Below, one piece after another: positions 13,301 to 26,904 of a stretch of 64,000 nucleotides of DNA. The notes below the pieces were generated by a model. That model searched no databases and was not told where the DNA came from. It saw only the letters and a list, made by a program, of their open reading frames with translations. This stretch comes from Eledone cirrhosa. Taxonomy: Eukaryota. The translations under genes were made by a program, and so were the position numbers. The stretch covers positions 21,390,001-21,454,000 of the forward strand of contig OZ024760.1 of assembly GCA_964016885.1 (NCBI GenBank), in the 5' to 3' direction. The first letter of the stretch is position 1, and each line of letters starts with the position of its first letter.

Positions 13301-14380
13301 CAAGTACAGCTGACTCCCACAAGTACAGCTCACTCCTACAAGTACAGCTCACTCCCACAAGTACAGCTTACTCCTACAAGTACAGCTGACTCCCACAAGA
13401 ACAGCTCAATCCCACAAGTACAGCTGACTCCCACAAGAACAGCTCACTCCTACAAGTACAGCTGACTCCCACAAGAACAGCTCAATCCTACAAGTACAGC
13501 TGACTCCCACAAGTACAGCTCACTCCTACAAGTACAGCTCACTCCCACAAGTACAGCTTACTCCTACAAGTACAGCTGACTCCCACAAGAACAGCTCAAT
13601 CCCACAAGTACAGCTGACTCCCACAAGAACAGCTCACTCCTACAAGTACAGCTGACTCCCACAAGTACAGCTCACTCCTACAAGTACAGCTGACTTCCAC
13701 AAGTACAGCTGACTCCCACAAGAACAGCTCACTCCTGCAAGTACAGCTGACTCCCACAAGTACAGCTCACTCCCACAAGTACAGCTGACTCCCACAAGAA
13801 CAGCTCACTCCTGCAAGTACAGCTGACTCCCACAAGAACAGCTCACTCCTACAAGTACAGCTGACTCCCACAAGAACAGCTCACTCCTGCAAGTACAGCT
13901 GACTCCCACAAGAACAGCTCACTTCCCACAAGTACAGCTGACTCCCACAAGTACAGCTCACTCCTACAAGTACAGCTGACTTCCACAAGAACAGCTCACT
14001 TCCCACAAGTACAGCTCACTCCTACAAGTGCAGCTGACTCCCACAAGTACAGCTCACTCCCACAAGTACAGCTGACTCCCACAAGTACAGCTCACTCCCA
14101 CAAGTACAGCTGACTCCCACAAGTACAGCTCACTCCCACAAGTACAGCTGACTCCCACAAGAACAGCTCACTTCCCACAAGTACATCTGACTCCCACAAG
14201 AACAGCTCACTCCCACAAGTACAGCTGACTCCCACAAGAACAGCTCAATCCTACAAGTACAGCTGACTCCCACAAGAACAGCTCACTCCTACAAGTACAG
14301 CTGACTCCCACAAGAACAGCTCACTCCTGCAAGTACAGCTGACTCCCACAAGAACAGCTCACTCCTACAAGTGCAGGTGA
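10380..14380. repeat. 4-kb minisatellite of alternating ~18-20-bp subunits with higher-order duplication
   Basis: cccacaagtacagctgact / cacaggaacagctcactt; block near 11070-11560 recurs near 12560-13050. Confidence 0.95.
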
Positions 14381-14984
14381 AGTCAACTCATCAATGATGT
14401 GAGAAATGAATTAATTTCTCCATCAAAGTGAACACATTAAGATAAATAAAGGAAACACCATGAATAATATATAGAACAGGTGTATGTAGCCATAGTATAT
14501 AACAACTACCAAAAGGGAAAAGAAATAAGAGGTAACTAGCTGAAACTGCCAAGCTCGCAGTATTTCCTCTATTTTCACTAATATACAAACTCTGGATCTT
14601 ACCATGTATTGTGTACTACTTTGATTTGTGATCTTCGCGGTCCCAGTACCACAGACTATAAAGACACGCTTTGATCATGAATAACCATGGGATTTGCACT
14701 TAGAAAGTTCCCTTCCTAGGCATAAGTCCAGGCAAGGTTGTTTGTGGGAAACCAGCAGTTACCCATGTATACCAGTCTCTCCTCTCCATACCACTGATGT
14801 TGTCCAAGGGAAAGGCAATGGTTGATACAGTTTGGCAACATCACAACTCATTTCTACAGATGAGTGAACTGGAGCAATGAAATAGTGTGTCTTGCTCAAG
14901 GACACAATGCATCATCTGGTCTGAGAATTGAATTCACAACCTCCTGGTGGATTTTATCTGTTATATTCCTTTGTTATATTTTGA

Positions 14985-15026
14985 ATACCTGATGATCTCA
15001 CCGGGTCTTTGAAATGATCATAGTAT
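14985..15026 (+). ncRNA. Minimal hammerhead-like motif (degenerate)
   Basis: ATAC-CTGATGA-tctcaccgggtcttt-GAAA-TGATCA-TA-GTAT; 4-bp stem I, palindromic stem III, weak stem II. Confidence 0.5.
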
Positions 15027-15289
15027 AATAAACCTTTCAAGGATTTACACCAGTCCAGCCTCCTGTTATTTTATAATAATTAACTCCGTACTCGCACCAC
15101 CAACTACACAAACGAAGACGGGTGAGTTGCATTACGTTGAGTGCTCTCCATAATATTACATAGAGATTGACCATACGGAATGACCAGTTCTATCCAGTGG
15201 TGAACCAACAAACCTAAATAAATATATATAATATATATACATATATATATGTATATATATATATATGTATGTATGTATATATGTATATC

Positions 15290-15655
15290 AGAGTTTTCCT
15301 TCTAGAATTCTGCCTTGACAAAGTATGGTATCCAATGATGTTGACTTGTTCTTCTTTTTGGTAAATATCATCTTGGTTAAGAGAGTGGGACTGGCTTTGT
15401 GCAGTGTCTTTGCTCACTATAAAAGCTTCACGGCGCAGGCATTGCTTTATATCTGGAGATCTCTCTGCACTTGTCGTCACATGGTACCATGGGCCCAGCA
15501 CTATGTGTCAATAATTGTCACAAGTGTAGTGTTTGTACCAGAGTTTTCAAGTCGCTGGCTGGACTAAAAAGTCACACTCGTTCAGCGCATTGGTAGGGGT
15601 TCTCCTACATGGATATAAAGTAGTGGCCGTACTCGAAAACGAGTTGGCAGCCACC
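15290..15655 (+). mobile_element. LINE (RTE-like) 3' remnant with C-terminal C2H2 zinc finger
   Basis: Frame reads CSVCTRVFKSLAGLKSHTRSAHW* followed by a short 3' UTR. Confidence 0.6.
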
Positions 15656-16054
15656 ATATATGTATCTATATGTATGTATGTATATATATAGACAGATAGA
15701 TAGATATATAACATTGGCTCATTGAAACAACTGCATGAGACCTATTTTCTACTGAATTTTATTGTTTTCTGACTAATATTTTGATAAGAAAAACAAAACA
15801 TATTTTTATATGCAACATCATGTGTTTGCCTAAGGATGTGAGGTTGGATTTGGCCCACAAGCCGTAGCGTGCTGACAACTTGTTTAAATAATAATTGTTT
15901 TCAAATTTTGGGTTTGATAACCCTGTGATTGCTGTTGGAGTCATTGGGGCACCGTGTACCTCTTTTCTTGGGCATTTTATACCTGGTGGGGCCTATCTTC
16001 TTTCCAGGTCTGAACACAGCAGATTTCTTCTAGAGAAGGATAGAAAGTGAGAGA

Positions 16055-16440
16055 ATCATCATCATTTTACGTCCGCTTTTTCCCTGCTTGCAAGAGTGGG
16101 ACGGGAACTGATTCTGGCTTGATTTCTACAGCTGGATGCCCTTCCTAACACCAACCTCATTTACAGTGAGTGCTGGGTGCTTTTTTTTCCGTGGCGCCTA
16201 CACGTCCACTTTTACAGTGTGGGCTGGGTGCTTTTTTGCCATGGCACCTCCACGACCACTTTGCAGCGGAATGATAGGGACCCCAGTCCCCATCATCTCA
16301 TTTCTACAGCCGAGTAAACTGGAGCAATGTGAAATAAAGTGTCTTGCTCAAGGAAACAACACATCACCCGGTCTGAGAATTGAACTCACAACCTTTCGAT
16401 TGCAAGGCCAAATGCTCTAACCACTAAACCATGTGCCTCC
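16055..16440 (-). mobile_element. tRNA-derived SINE family A
   Basis: tRNA-like head (TGGxTTAGTGG A-box, GAGTTCAATTC B-box) and (GAT)n tail. Confidence 0.85.
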
Positions 16441-16558
16441 AGAATGGAAGTGAGAAAGCAATATAGAGGAAGAATCAACCCCAATACTTGACTGAAAGGC
16501 AAAGTTGATCTTAGCGGGATTTGAACTGGCTGGAATAAATGCCGCAAAGTATTCTATT

Positions 16559-16700
16559 CAGTGTCGGATTTACCATTGTGCTTAGGCGTGCTTATGGGCC
16601 CCATTGGCCAAGGGGACCCATCTTCCTGCCAAAACATTTTTTTACCTTATTCAGGGCCCAAGTAAGGGGCCTCATAACTTAACTAACAAATCCAGCACCG
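16559..16700. mobile_element. Possible hAT-type MITE
   Basis: Imperfect TIRs CAGTGTCGGATTT / AAATCCAGCACCG. Confidence 0.4.
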
Positions 16701-17364
16701 ATTCTATCAGACACTTTAATGATTCTGCTAATTCTGTTTTCAATTTAGATTTAGATATATGAGCAGAAATACTGCGAGGGTAGGGGGCAGGGAACATTTG
16801 ATTAAATTGACCCCCCCAAACGACACACACACACTCGTACATTTATTCCAGTATTTGATTGGTACTTTGGTTTTTTATTTATCCTGAAAGCATGAAAGGC
16901 AAAGTTGACCCAGGGAGGGCTTTGTATTTGGAATGTAAAGAGCTGGAACAAATATCACAAGGCATTTCATTGGATACTCTGCTGATTCTGCCAATCCACC
17001 ATCCTGGTTTAAGTAAATAATGGTAAGTTTACAATTGCATAAATATTTCCCTTTGCAATAAATAATATCTATTAAGTCAGACAATTGAATAATTTCCGTC
17101 AACCATTTTACTCCCCACCCCACCCCCACCCACCCCACACTACCCACAAACTTGGATTGAATTAACATTGTGATTGTGAAGCGAGATTACCAATCTATGA
17201 ACAATGAATCCCCCCTCCCGACAATATATTGATCACGAGCATTGGACACCTTGGTCTTTCTTTCTTTCTTTCGTTTTCTCTTTCTTTCTCTCACTCTCTT
17301 TCTTTTTCAGTCTCTCTCTCTCTCTCTCTTTATGTGTGTGTTGGGGGTGAAGTATAAACTACAC

Positions 17365-18240
17365 CAGCAGGGGTCAACTGCACCAGCAGAGGTCAACTGC
17401 ACCAGCAGGGGTCAACTGCACCAGCAGAGGTCAACTGCACCAGCAGGGGTCAACTACACCAGCAGAGGTCATTTATCAGACAAACCCCTCCTAGTACATA
17501 ATACCCCATCTCTACTAGACAAACCCTCCTCTATGACATAATACCCCCACCTCTACCAGACAAACCCTCCTCTATGACATAATACCCACCCGTAGTAGAC
17601 AACCCCCCTCCCCCTCCCCCACACACACTTGGTAAAAATAATAATAAACGTTGATGTTTATATAGTTTTAATTCATTCGTTATCAAGTAAATAACATTCC
17701 ATAATGTTTTGTAAAAACTATAAATAGGTTTAGTTTTAGCTTTTATGATGTGGAGTTGGGATAGTTGTTTTGTCTGGTAGAGGTATGTTGTCCAGTAGAG
17801 GTGGGTATGTTGTCTGGTAGAGGTGGCTATTTTATCCGGTAGAGGTATGTTGTCCAGTAGAGGTGGGTATGTTGTCTGGTAGAGGTGGCTATTTTATCCG
17901 GTAGAGGTGGTTATGTTGTCCTGGAGAGGTGGCTATTTTATCCGGTAGAGGTATGTTGTCCTGTAGAGGTGGGTATGTTGTCTGGTAGAGGTGGCTATTT
18001 TATCCGGTAGAGGTATGTTGTCCAGTAGAGGTGGGTATGTTGTCTGGTAGAGGTGGCTATTTTATCCGGTAGAGGTATGTTGTCCAGTAGAGGTGGGTAT
18101 GTTGTCTGGTAGAGGTGGCTATTTTATCCGGTAGAGGTATGTTGTCCAGTAGAGGTGGTTATGTTGTCCTGGAGAGGTGGCTATTTTATCCGGTAGAGGT
18201 ATGTTGTCCTGTAGAGGTGGTTATGTTGTCCTGGAGAGGT
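17365..18240. repeat. Minisatellite cluster: 20-bp repeat (17365-17470) and gtagaggt-based repeat (17770-18240) with inverted degenerate copies at 17475-17600
   Basis: Direct reading of repeat units. Confidence 0.85.
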
Positions 18241-19272
18241 GGCTCCTGACCGGAGAACTGGTGTGGTTGTCGTTTGTGAGACGAGCTCTTCCACAACTCG
18301 TTTCGCTAACAGAGCTGCAATCCTGGGTCAAATGAAAACCAGCAATGGCTGCCTGAAACCTCGAGTGCGTTCATGCACTCACAGCCCTCTACCAAGCGGA
18401 AACGGCAATCAGTGGAGACTCCACGTCAACATTTTATAGGGGATTAGAGGAGAATAAGTGCAACATTCTCGGGGATACTCTATGCATCGAAGAGGACGAA
18501 CTGGCCAGTCTGTTCGGGAGGACTTTCCGTCCAGGGCCTATGAATAACTACCAAGGAGCTCTACCAGGTCGAGACAAAATCTACAGGCACAGACGCCCTG
18601 GCAGGGATCCTGCCAAAAGAACCTGTCCAAGATGCGAGCAATTGTTCAGCGGCCAGGGGTGACCAACCTGTGGAATTATGTCGAACAGCTACTGTCACGT
18701 GTGGGACGCATCCAGTTGTCAGCCGAGTCCATCGTGAGGATCACGCCGCCGCCTTCTTTTAAGAATGAAGGAGAGGCGGTTTTCCTGTCTGGTGGCTATG
18801 GCGAAAGAAGTAATATGGTGGACGAGGTGAAAGGACTGAGGGCAAACACCTTCCTCTACGAGCAACAACTCATCCCCTTCTTTAAGTACCACTTCAGAAG
18901 GAAGGTGAGAGTGGAGAGAGAGGTGCTACACCCTAGTAAATTCACTGATAGGTGGGTGAATGTGGCGAAAATGGCCAGAGTGAATGGGCCTTCGCTGTAT
19001 ATAAACCTGTAGGTTGAGGAAGACAAAAAAAGGGAAGACGGGAACACCTACAAAACCTGCTCATGGTGTTGAGGGTTGTTCTATCTACGGGGTGTAAGAC
19101 AACCACGCAGTAACGTTCCCCCCTATTGGGCATTTCGATTGTTAATTTTTTTAATATATAGTTTATTGTTATTTATTAATGTTCAAGTTTATACGATTTT
19201 TATGTAAACACCCCGCCGTCACGTACTGTAATGTCCCATTTCTTGACGCCATTGGGGGCAAATAAAGAAAGA
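18241..19272 (+). mobile_element. 5'-truncated Tx1/L1-clade LINE (C-terminal zinc-finger region and 3' UTR)
   Basis: Broken frames GALPGRDKIYRH...TCPRC, WNYVEQLL..., AKEVIWWTR, FFKYHFRRKVRVE...RWV; ends ggcaaataaagaaag then TATCTATC. Confidence 0.7.
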
Positions 19273-20777
19273 TATCTATCTGTATTTATGTCTGTCCCAG
19301 TTAACTGACTGATTTCAACGTCAGATTCGTTCAAAACACATTAAAAGCTAAAGTTTATAGGTTAGTCCAGCACTGAGGATACACGTGTTTATGAACTGAT
19401 TGCTCAACCACTTACACGATATTCCGCGGATCAACATCAACTGGAACACTCATCGTTCGACCCGATGGAGATCCAACACACACACTTAACAGGGGAGATA
19501 ACTCTGACTATTCATTCTTGTTTTTGTTCAAAACCGAATTTCCTATTTTTCATTTCGTTATCGTCATTCGTTCTATCCTAGTATTACGGGGAGTGTTGTT
19601 AAACACTGACATTCGCTGACCTCTACAGTACCCACCGGTGGTAAAATGCTCCGGCTTTCAACTCCACCCAGGGTCAACAGTTTATTAGTATTTTAACTGT
19701 TCTCTTGCAACAAATATATTTAACTCTCGACTGGGAATATTTTTTCTTACATTCGAAGGCTTCCAGTTTTCATGGTAACGTACACTCTTTTCAATCTTCC
19801 TCTGTTTATATATATATAAGATGTATGTGTGTATATATATATATGTGTGTCTGTGTGTTGGTATCATTGACAATAGATTTATTTGAGAGAAAATGAAAAT
19901 ATATTGTCGGCCCATATATATATATATATATAATGAAAATATATTGTCGGATGGCTTCACGACCAGTGTTTTCATTTTATCTGGCCTTTATAACATGTTA
20001 ATTGCTCTGCCTTTCTTTTAGTCCATTGAGCGCTTGCCGCATATCTCGATGATTGCGTTTCGTTTTGTTTTTGGCCCCCGCCGAAATACGATCTCGCTGA
20101 AATTATAGTTGTATGTATATATAAATATATATATATATATAATATATGCAGAGGTTATATTTAATTTGTTGGGATTCAACAAGCTTAAACAATTTTATAA
20201 CTGGTATAAAGCACTCAACAAGTTAGTGGAGTAAATACACAATATATTAATAAATGGAAACTATATTTATAAAACCATATTTATTTTATAAAATAAATAT
20301 GGTTTTATAAATATAGTTTCCATTTCTTAATATACTGTATATATAATATATATGTTTGTGTGTGTATATATAATATATATGTTTGTGTGTGTATATATAT
20401 GTCGAAACTCCAGAGCAACAAGACTCACTTTTTATTAAGCCTTAATAAAATGAATATATATATATATATATATATTCATTTTATTAAGGCTTAATATACA
20501 TATATATACACACACAAACATATATATATATATGCATACAAAATATCCGTCGATAAAAACCCGTATATAACATTTTAATTATATATTATTAAAATGTTAT
20601 ATACGGGTTTTTATCGACGGATAAAATTTTAATTATATATATGTGTGTGTGTAAAATTTTAATTATATATATGTGTGTGTATTTGCAAAAACTAAACGGG
20701 ACGAACAAAGCAAACAATACAGTACAACGAAGAAATATGTAAATTTAACGCTTGATATAGTTGGGAAATAGTATATA

Positions 20778-21113
20778 TCATCATCATCATCATTTTGCGT
20801 CCGCTTTTCCCTGCTTGCAAGGGTGGGACGGGAACTGATTCTGGCTTGATTTCTACAGCTGGATGCCCTTCCTAACACCAACCTCATTTACAGTGAGTGC
20901 TGGGTGCTTTTTTGCCGTGGCACCTCCACGACCACTTTGCAGTGGAATGATAGGGACCCCAGTCCCTATCATCTCATTTCTACAGTTGAGTAAACTGGAG
21001 CAATGTGAAATAAAGTGTCTTGCTCAAGGAAACAACACATCACCCGGTCTGAGAATTGAACTCAAAATCTTTCGATTGCAAGGCCAATGCTCTAACCACT
21101 AAGCCATGTGCCT
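20778..21113 (-). mobile_element. SINE family A, full length
   Basis: Near-identical to other family A copies. Confidence 0.9.
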
Positions 21114-21699
21114 TCATTATATATGTATATATATATATATATGTGTGTGGGTGGGCCTCCTTTATTTCCTGGCAACTAATATTTTTAGACCCAGTCTGCC
21201 AGTGTGTGTGTGTGTCTGTGAGTGTGTGTACACAGACCATGTATGATATACACACACAAGCTTATATCAGGCGATGGTCGGCATAACCACGGTTGAAAAA
21301 ACAAACTAGTGAGTGATTTTGTCTATTTATCTATCTATCTCTACCTGTCAATCTCTCTCTCTCTCTATATACACATAACCATATACACATATACCAGTAT
21401 ATATAATATATTATATACACCTATAACAAATACAAGTCTATATACGTAGGTATGTGTGTGCGTGCGTTATATATGTATTTATGTGTGTGTTTATATACGT
21501 TTATATAATTATATGTATACACACACACATATATATATATATGTGTATTTTTTATGTGTTTACGTTCGCATGTGTGCGGGTACAGGTGTCGCGCGGGTTT
21601 ATGTATGTGTGCGCGTGTTTATGTGTACGTGCATGTATATGCATGGTGGGTGTTTTCGTGTATGCACGTATATATACGTATATTGATGCGTCTATGTAT

Positions 21700-22170
21700 A
21701 TTTTTATTATTATTGATTTTAATAACCGCTGTCATTTTCGTTCTACTACTTTATTTACTTTATTCTTAACTCTGAAGCCGAGAATCATTCGGTTTCCTAA
21801 ATAGAATATTAGTCTACGACTTCATTTATACCATAAATGTGGTTCTGTCTTTGCGTGTAATTGTTCTCAGCGCTCCACATAACGACGTATTATCTTCGCT
21901 TTTTTCCGTTCATTGCCAGAGAACGTCTTCACGAAACAAAGTATTTTCTTCGGTTGCAACGTTTTTCGAAATATTTACTTCTGCGTTCACAGATTGATTT
22001 TTTTTAGTTTCAGAAGATCCCGTTAAGGGTGAAAGCAGCGATTCTTTGCTTAAACTTTAATGTTATTTTAATAAATATTTGCTCTAGGGTTCTTATATAT
22101 TTGACATATATTTATTCTTATTGAGCCCTCTTTGCATTTTAGTCGTCAAATTTATTATTATTACTATATA
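21700..22170 (+). mobile_element. Penelope-like 3' fragment (CAGAAGA-hammerhead family), hammerhead-like motif at 22006-22056
   Basis: Shares sequence with 5769-6230 and 57468-57866; ends attattattactatata. Confidence 0.55.
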
Positions 22171-22199
22171 TAAACTTAGAGCTGTATGGGAGCCTCCCA

Positions 22200-22425
22200 A
22201 AAGTCAGCTCAAAAGTGACACAGAGGAGACTGAGGTTAGCTGGACATGCTCACCGGCATCCAGAGTTGACATTTCACTCAGTGCTCCTGTGGGAGCCCCT
22301 ACATGGACACACTGGAAGAGGAAGACCAAGATTAACGTATGTTGATGCCCTAAGGACAGACACTGGACTGTTGGAGATGCAGGACATGGTATCGATAATG
22401 AGGGACAGAGACCGCTGAAGAGAAC
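22200..22425 (+). mobile_element. RTE-like LINE 3' remnant
   Basis: RRLRLAGHAHRHPEL...LLWEPLHGHTGRGRPRLTYVD. Confidence 0.7.
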
Positions 22426-22739
22426 TTGTCCATGGATCTCTGGAATTTTACCCGCCCTATAAAAAAAAAAAATATATATATATATATATATACTTACACA
22501 TAGACACGAGCTGCTGGTCAAATAACTTTCTCTAGCTGTCATTCTATTTAGAAGGTTCTGGAATCTAACCTTGATTATTTTTTGTTTCTTCTAATGTGTT
22601 TGTAAAATATATTTTCAAGATGGCTATAATAAAAAATATCATAATATAATGCTTACAAAACGAAAACACAAACACACATAATATATACAAATATAAACGC
22701 AAAAAAAATTGGCTGCACATCACATAAGGGTTAACTAAA

Positions 22740-23530
22740 CATTTTGAGGCAAGCCAATATGCTCGCAGCATTACCACGGGTGATGGCGAGGCTAAGGTGC
22801 TGAAACAACCAGGCACCCTCACATGTATCACTTGACACCTCAATGAATGAGCCGTCAACGATGACAAGAACTTCATTGTCACTGGCCCGACTCCGCCAAA
22901 CGACTGGGAAAAAATATTTACTGGATAAATCCAGGTATATCCGAATTTTATTCCGTTCGGTAACGGAAGCAGTGACCTACAACAGCGGCATCTCAGACCC
23001 CAACAGACGTCGGTTCCCACTCAAAGTGCAATGGAGATGTGGAGTTCGTCCGGACTGTGAAGGCCACCAATGTTGGCCACAGGCAGGACTTCAATCCAGT
23101 CCACCGTGAACTTTGCACTTGCAGAAAGTAAGCAGCACCTAGAAAATTGATCGGAAAGATCAGAGAGAAAGTTGAACGTTTCCCTCAAACGCAGATTGTC
23201 CCAGACTCTCGGCTTCCGCATGTCCTCATCAGTAATGGGAACTGACAAACCCAGCACTCTTCAGTGTAATAAAGCTTCATCCAACTCCCTCGTGTCACCC
23301 ACTAAAGAGGAGCAAGCGTGCGTGGAGGAGAGAAAGCAAAGTAGAGACAAAGATGGACATTTGCGCAGACCGAAACTTCCAAACCGTTTGGGTAAGGCAG
23401 CTTGGTCACGGGACTCTGGAGAGAGTCGGACATTGACCAAACTCTTGAGCCCACCGAATATGAAGCGTTGGAGAGGCGGAATTCTGTATTCATACATTTT
23501 CCTGTCTCCGCCCATATTTCTGATTCATTA
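22740..23530 (-). mobile_element. CRE-clade non-LTR retrotransposon remnant
   Basis: QAALPKRFGSFGLRK...FLSS, DWIEVLPVANIG...LHISIAL*VG...CRC and a degenerate RLE-end motif; stop codons present. Confidence 0.65.
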
Positions 23531-23972
23531 AGCAATATCGGTAGAACGTCAGACACCATGTTATGCAACATAGAGTTATGTCCCTTTACGTTCTGGGTTC
23601 AAATCCCGCCGAGGTTAACTTTGCCTTTCATCCTTATGGGGTCGTTAAAATAAAGTACCAGTAACGCACTGGGGTATTTTCTGGCCTTGTGCCAAAAGTA
23701 GAAACAATTATATATATATGTGTCTAAACATCACGGCCATTTGGCAATACTGTTTGTCTTTGTTGATTTATTATTTTAAATCGATATAGGCAGGCTGTAA
23801 TATTATAATTGGTATATTTCATTCTAGCTAACTAAATTTCTTTTGCAATATAAATGCAGATATGTTGGTATTTGTGTTTCATCATATATATTAATTTATG
23901 TTCAAATGTTTTACACGGCTCAGAAATATTTCTTTCTTTGAGCTATTTTCATTGTAAAAGAAGTCATTACAC

Positions 23973-24013
<41 letters not shown>

Positions 24014-24274
24014 GTTTATTGCCAGATACTGGAGTTTCGTCTGCCAAACTCTACTTCAACCATTTTTGATCAATTAACCGTTGGCACGGCGAAATTCGAG
24101 TACCAAGCAACCAACACACACATACGCACATATATATATATAAACGTGGTTGGTGTTTACGAGCAAGACAACCAATTTTGCCTCAAGTGGGACAATTCCC
24201 GTCTAAACCCATGCTAGTGTGGAAGATAGACGTTAAACGATGCTGATGATGATGATTATATATATTCATTCATT

Positions 24275-24602
24275 TCATTTTACGTCTGCTTTTTCCCTGC
24301 TTGCAAGAGTGGGACGGGAACTGATTCTGGCTTGATTTCTACAGCTGGATGCCCTTCCTAACACCAACCTCATTGACAGTGAGTGCTGGGTGCTTTTTTG
24401 CCGTGGCACCTCCACGACCACTTTGCAGTGGAATGATAGGGACCTCAGGCCCTAACATCTCATTTCTACAGCTGAGTAAACTGGAGCAATGTGAAATAAA
24501 GTGTCTTGCTCAAGGAAACAACACATCACCCGGTCTGAGAATTGAACTCACAACCTTTCGATTGCAAGGCCAATGCTCTAACCACTAAGCCATGTGCCTC
24601 CA
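24275..24602 (-). mobile_element. SINE family A, full length
   Basis: Near-identical to other family A copies. Confidence 0.9.
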
Positions 24603-24715
24603 TTATATATATATATATATATAACGAAGGAAATGTGGTAAGGAACCAGGTGGACCATAACGCACCAAAGTACTCAATACTTGAGGTAGTAGAGTGGGTA
24701 ATAGGAACCAGTAAG

Positions 24716-24809
24716 ACCCCGACAGCTGAGCTCAAGCCGTTTCGACGGCTAATTCTGGACTAAATGAACATTTATCCTGGTATTTATATAGCCGATCTTC
24801 TCAAGGGGT
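24716..24809 (-). ncRNA. Type I hammerhead ribozyme, U3-A8 variant (mirror copy)
   Basis: Reverse complement of 26905-26998 with two substitutions in the extended stem II region. Confidence 0.75.
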
Positions 24810-25907
24810 AATTCCATATATGGTCAAAGTGATTGTCAAAAATCAGTAGTAATTCTGTGGTTGCAAATTAGTAGGGGAGATGGTGGCTAAACCTGCCAGT
24901 AGGAGAAAGAGGGGAGGGGGTGGAGTAGACCCAATCAAGCGTTGGTAGTGCCAGCTACAGCTGGGCATGAGGTCAAAGAAGATACAGGGGAGGGGGAGGG
25001 GGAGGAAGTCGGAACGGTAGGTAGAACAATGGGGGGTAGAAATAGGAAAGAAAAAATACTGAGAGTGAAGAAAAGCAAATAAGTGTAAAGAAAAAAGTAA
25101 AGTAAATTAAATTCTACGACCTAGGTGTCAGGCTATTGTTAGGCGAGAATAAAATAAAGAAAGAAAGAAGTAAATAAATAAATAAATAAATAAATAAGGA
25201 AATAAGTAAAAGAACTAGGTGGGACGGAATAGGCAAGGACCCTTTTAAGAGGTATAAGTACGTAAATGATACGGTGACGGGTCAACAAAAGGGGCCAAAA
25301 TACTAAAGAGACTACCACGAAATAAACAATAAAGGTTTCCATCCCGGGCCAGCAACGACCCAGTGCAGCAAAGTGAACTTGTACGAGATAATAATTCTGA
25401 GTCCCGAGAAAAATATATACTAATGCTAACTCTAAAAGATCTAAAACAAGCTACATGAAAGTTCGTACGAAATAAAGGTAGAATACGGAAAAATAAATTC
25501 AGAATCCACCCCGCCCAGAAGAAAAGCGAAGCAAGAAATACTGAAACGAAAAAATAAGGCATAAGTGCCACTAAGAAATATAGAGGGCACAGAGAATAGT
25601 GGGAGCGGTCGGAAAAAGGGGGCAAGTATCCGGGGTCTAAGCCAACTGCTATAAAGGGCGGAATCCGCCAAATCTATCATAGACTAGGGGTGGTGGTGGT
25701 ACTAAGGCTACATGGGGCCAAAGGGCAGCCTCGGGTGGGCGAGAAAAGACTCCGACAAAGGAGAAGAGCTGGGGTAGAAGGACAAAGGAGAGAGGGGGGA
25801 AGGAAATAAAGGAAGCGATAAAAGAATACAAAGAAGATCTTACGTCTTCCTTGGCAAGCAGGGGTTACCCATTGCAAAATCGGCAAGTGGGGTGTTATAG
25901 CCCTAGT

Positions 25908-26012
25908 CTACCCCCCCGGGTCATTATGGGGTTTGAGGGCGAGGTAAGTCCTACGCAATCTATGTTTACATGCAGTAACCAGTTCATCTTTCTTGTTTAA
26001 GAGTTGGTCCCC
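25908..26012 (-). pseudogene. C-terminal remnant of PLE RT/GIY-YIG ORF
   Basis: QLLNKKDELVTACKHRLRRTYLALKPHNDPGG* resembles the LNK+xExxxxC+H tail recalled for Neptune-type GIY-YIG PLEs. Confidence 0.65.
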
Positions 26013-26904
26013 CACCACCCCCTCCCCTAGTCTATGATAGATTTGGCGGATTCCGCCCTTTATAGCAGTTGGCTTAGACCCCGGATACTTGCCCCCTTTT
26101 TCCGACCGCTCCTACTATTCTCTGTGCCCTCTATATTTCTTAGTGGCACTTATGCCTTATTTTTTCGTTTCAGTATTTCTTGCTTCGCTTTTCTTCTGGG
26201 CGGGGTGGATTCTGAATTTATTTTTCCGTATTCTACCTTTATTTCGTACGAACTTTCATGTAGCTTGTTTTAGATCTTTTAGAGTTAGCATTAGTATATA
26301 TTTTTCTCGGGACTCAGAATTATTATCTCGTACAAGTTCACTTTGCTGCACTGGGTCGTTGCTGGCCCGGGATGGAAACCTTTATTGTTTATTTCGTGGT
26401 AGTCTCTTTAGTATTTTGGCCCCTTTTGTTGACCCGTCACCGTATCATTTACGTACTTATACCTCTTAAAAGGGTCCTTGCCTATTCCGTCCCACCAAGT
26501 TCTTTTACTTATTTCCTTATTTATTTATTTATTTATTTATTTACTTCTTTCTTTCTTTATTTTATTCTCGCCTAACAATAGCCTGACACCTAGGTCGTAG
26601 AATTTAATTTACTTTACTTTTTTCTTTACACTTATTTGCTTTTCTTCACTTTCAGTATTTTTTCTTTCCTATTTCTACCCCCCATTGTTCTACCTACCGT
26701 TCCGACTTCCTCCCCCTCCCCCTCCCCTGTATCTTCTTTGACCTCATGCCCAGCTGTAGCTGGCACTACCAACGCTTGATTGGGTCTACTCCACCCCCTC
26801 CCCTCTTTCTCCTACTGGCAGGTTTAGCCACCATCTCCCCTACTAATTTGCAACCACAGAATTACTACTGATTTTTGACAATCACTTTGACCATATATGG
26901 AATT

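Noticed and set aside
25139-26575. Mirror-image hydrophobic ORFs as duplicated genes
   Set aside because: T-rich PLE 3' UTR present twice because of the inverted arms.
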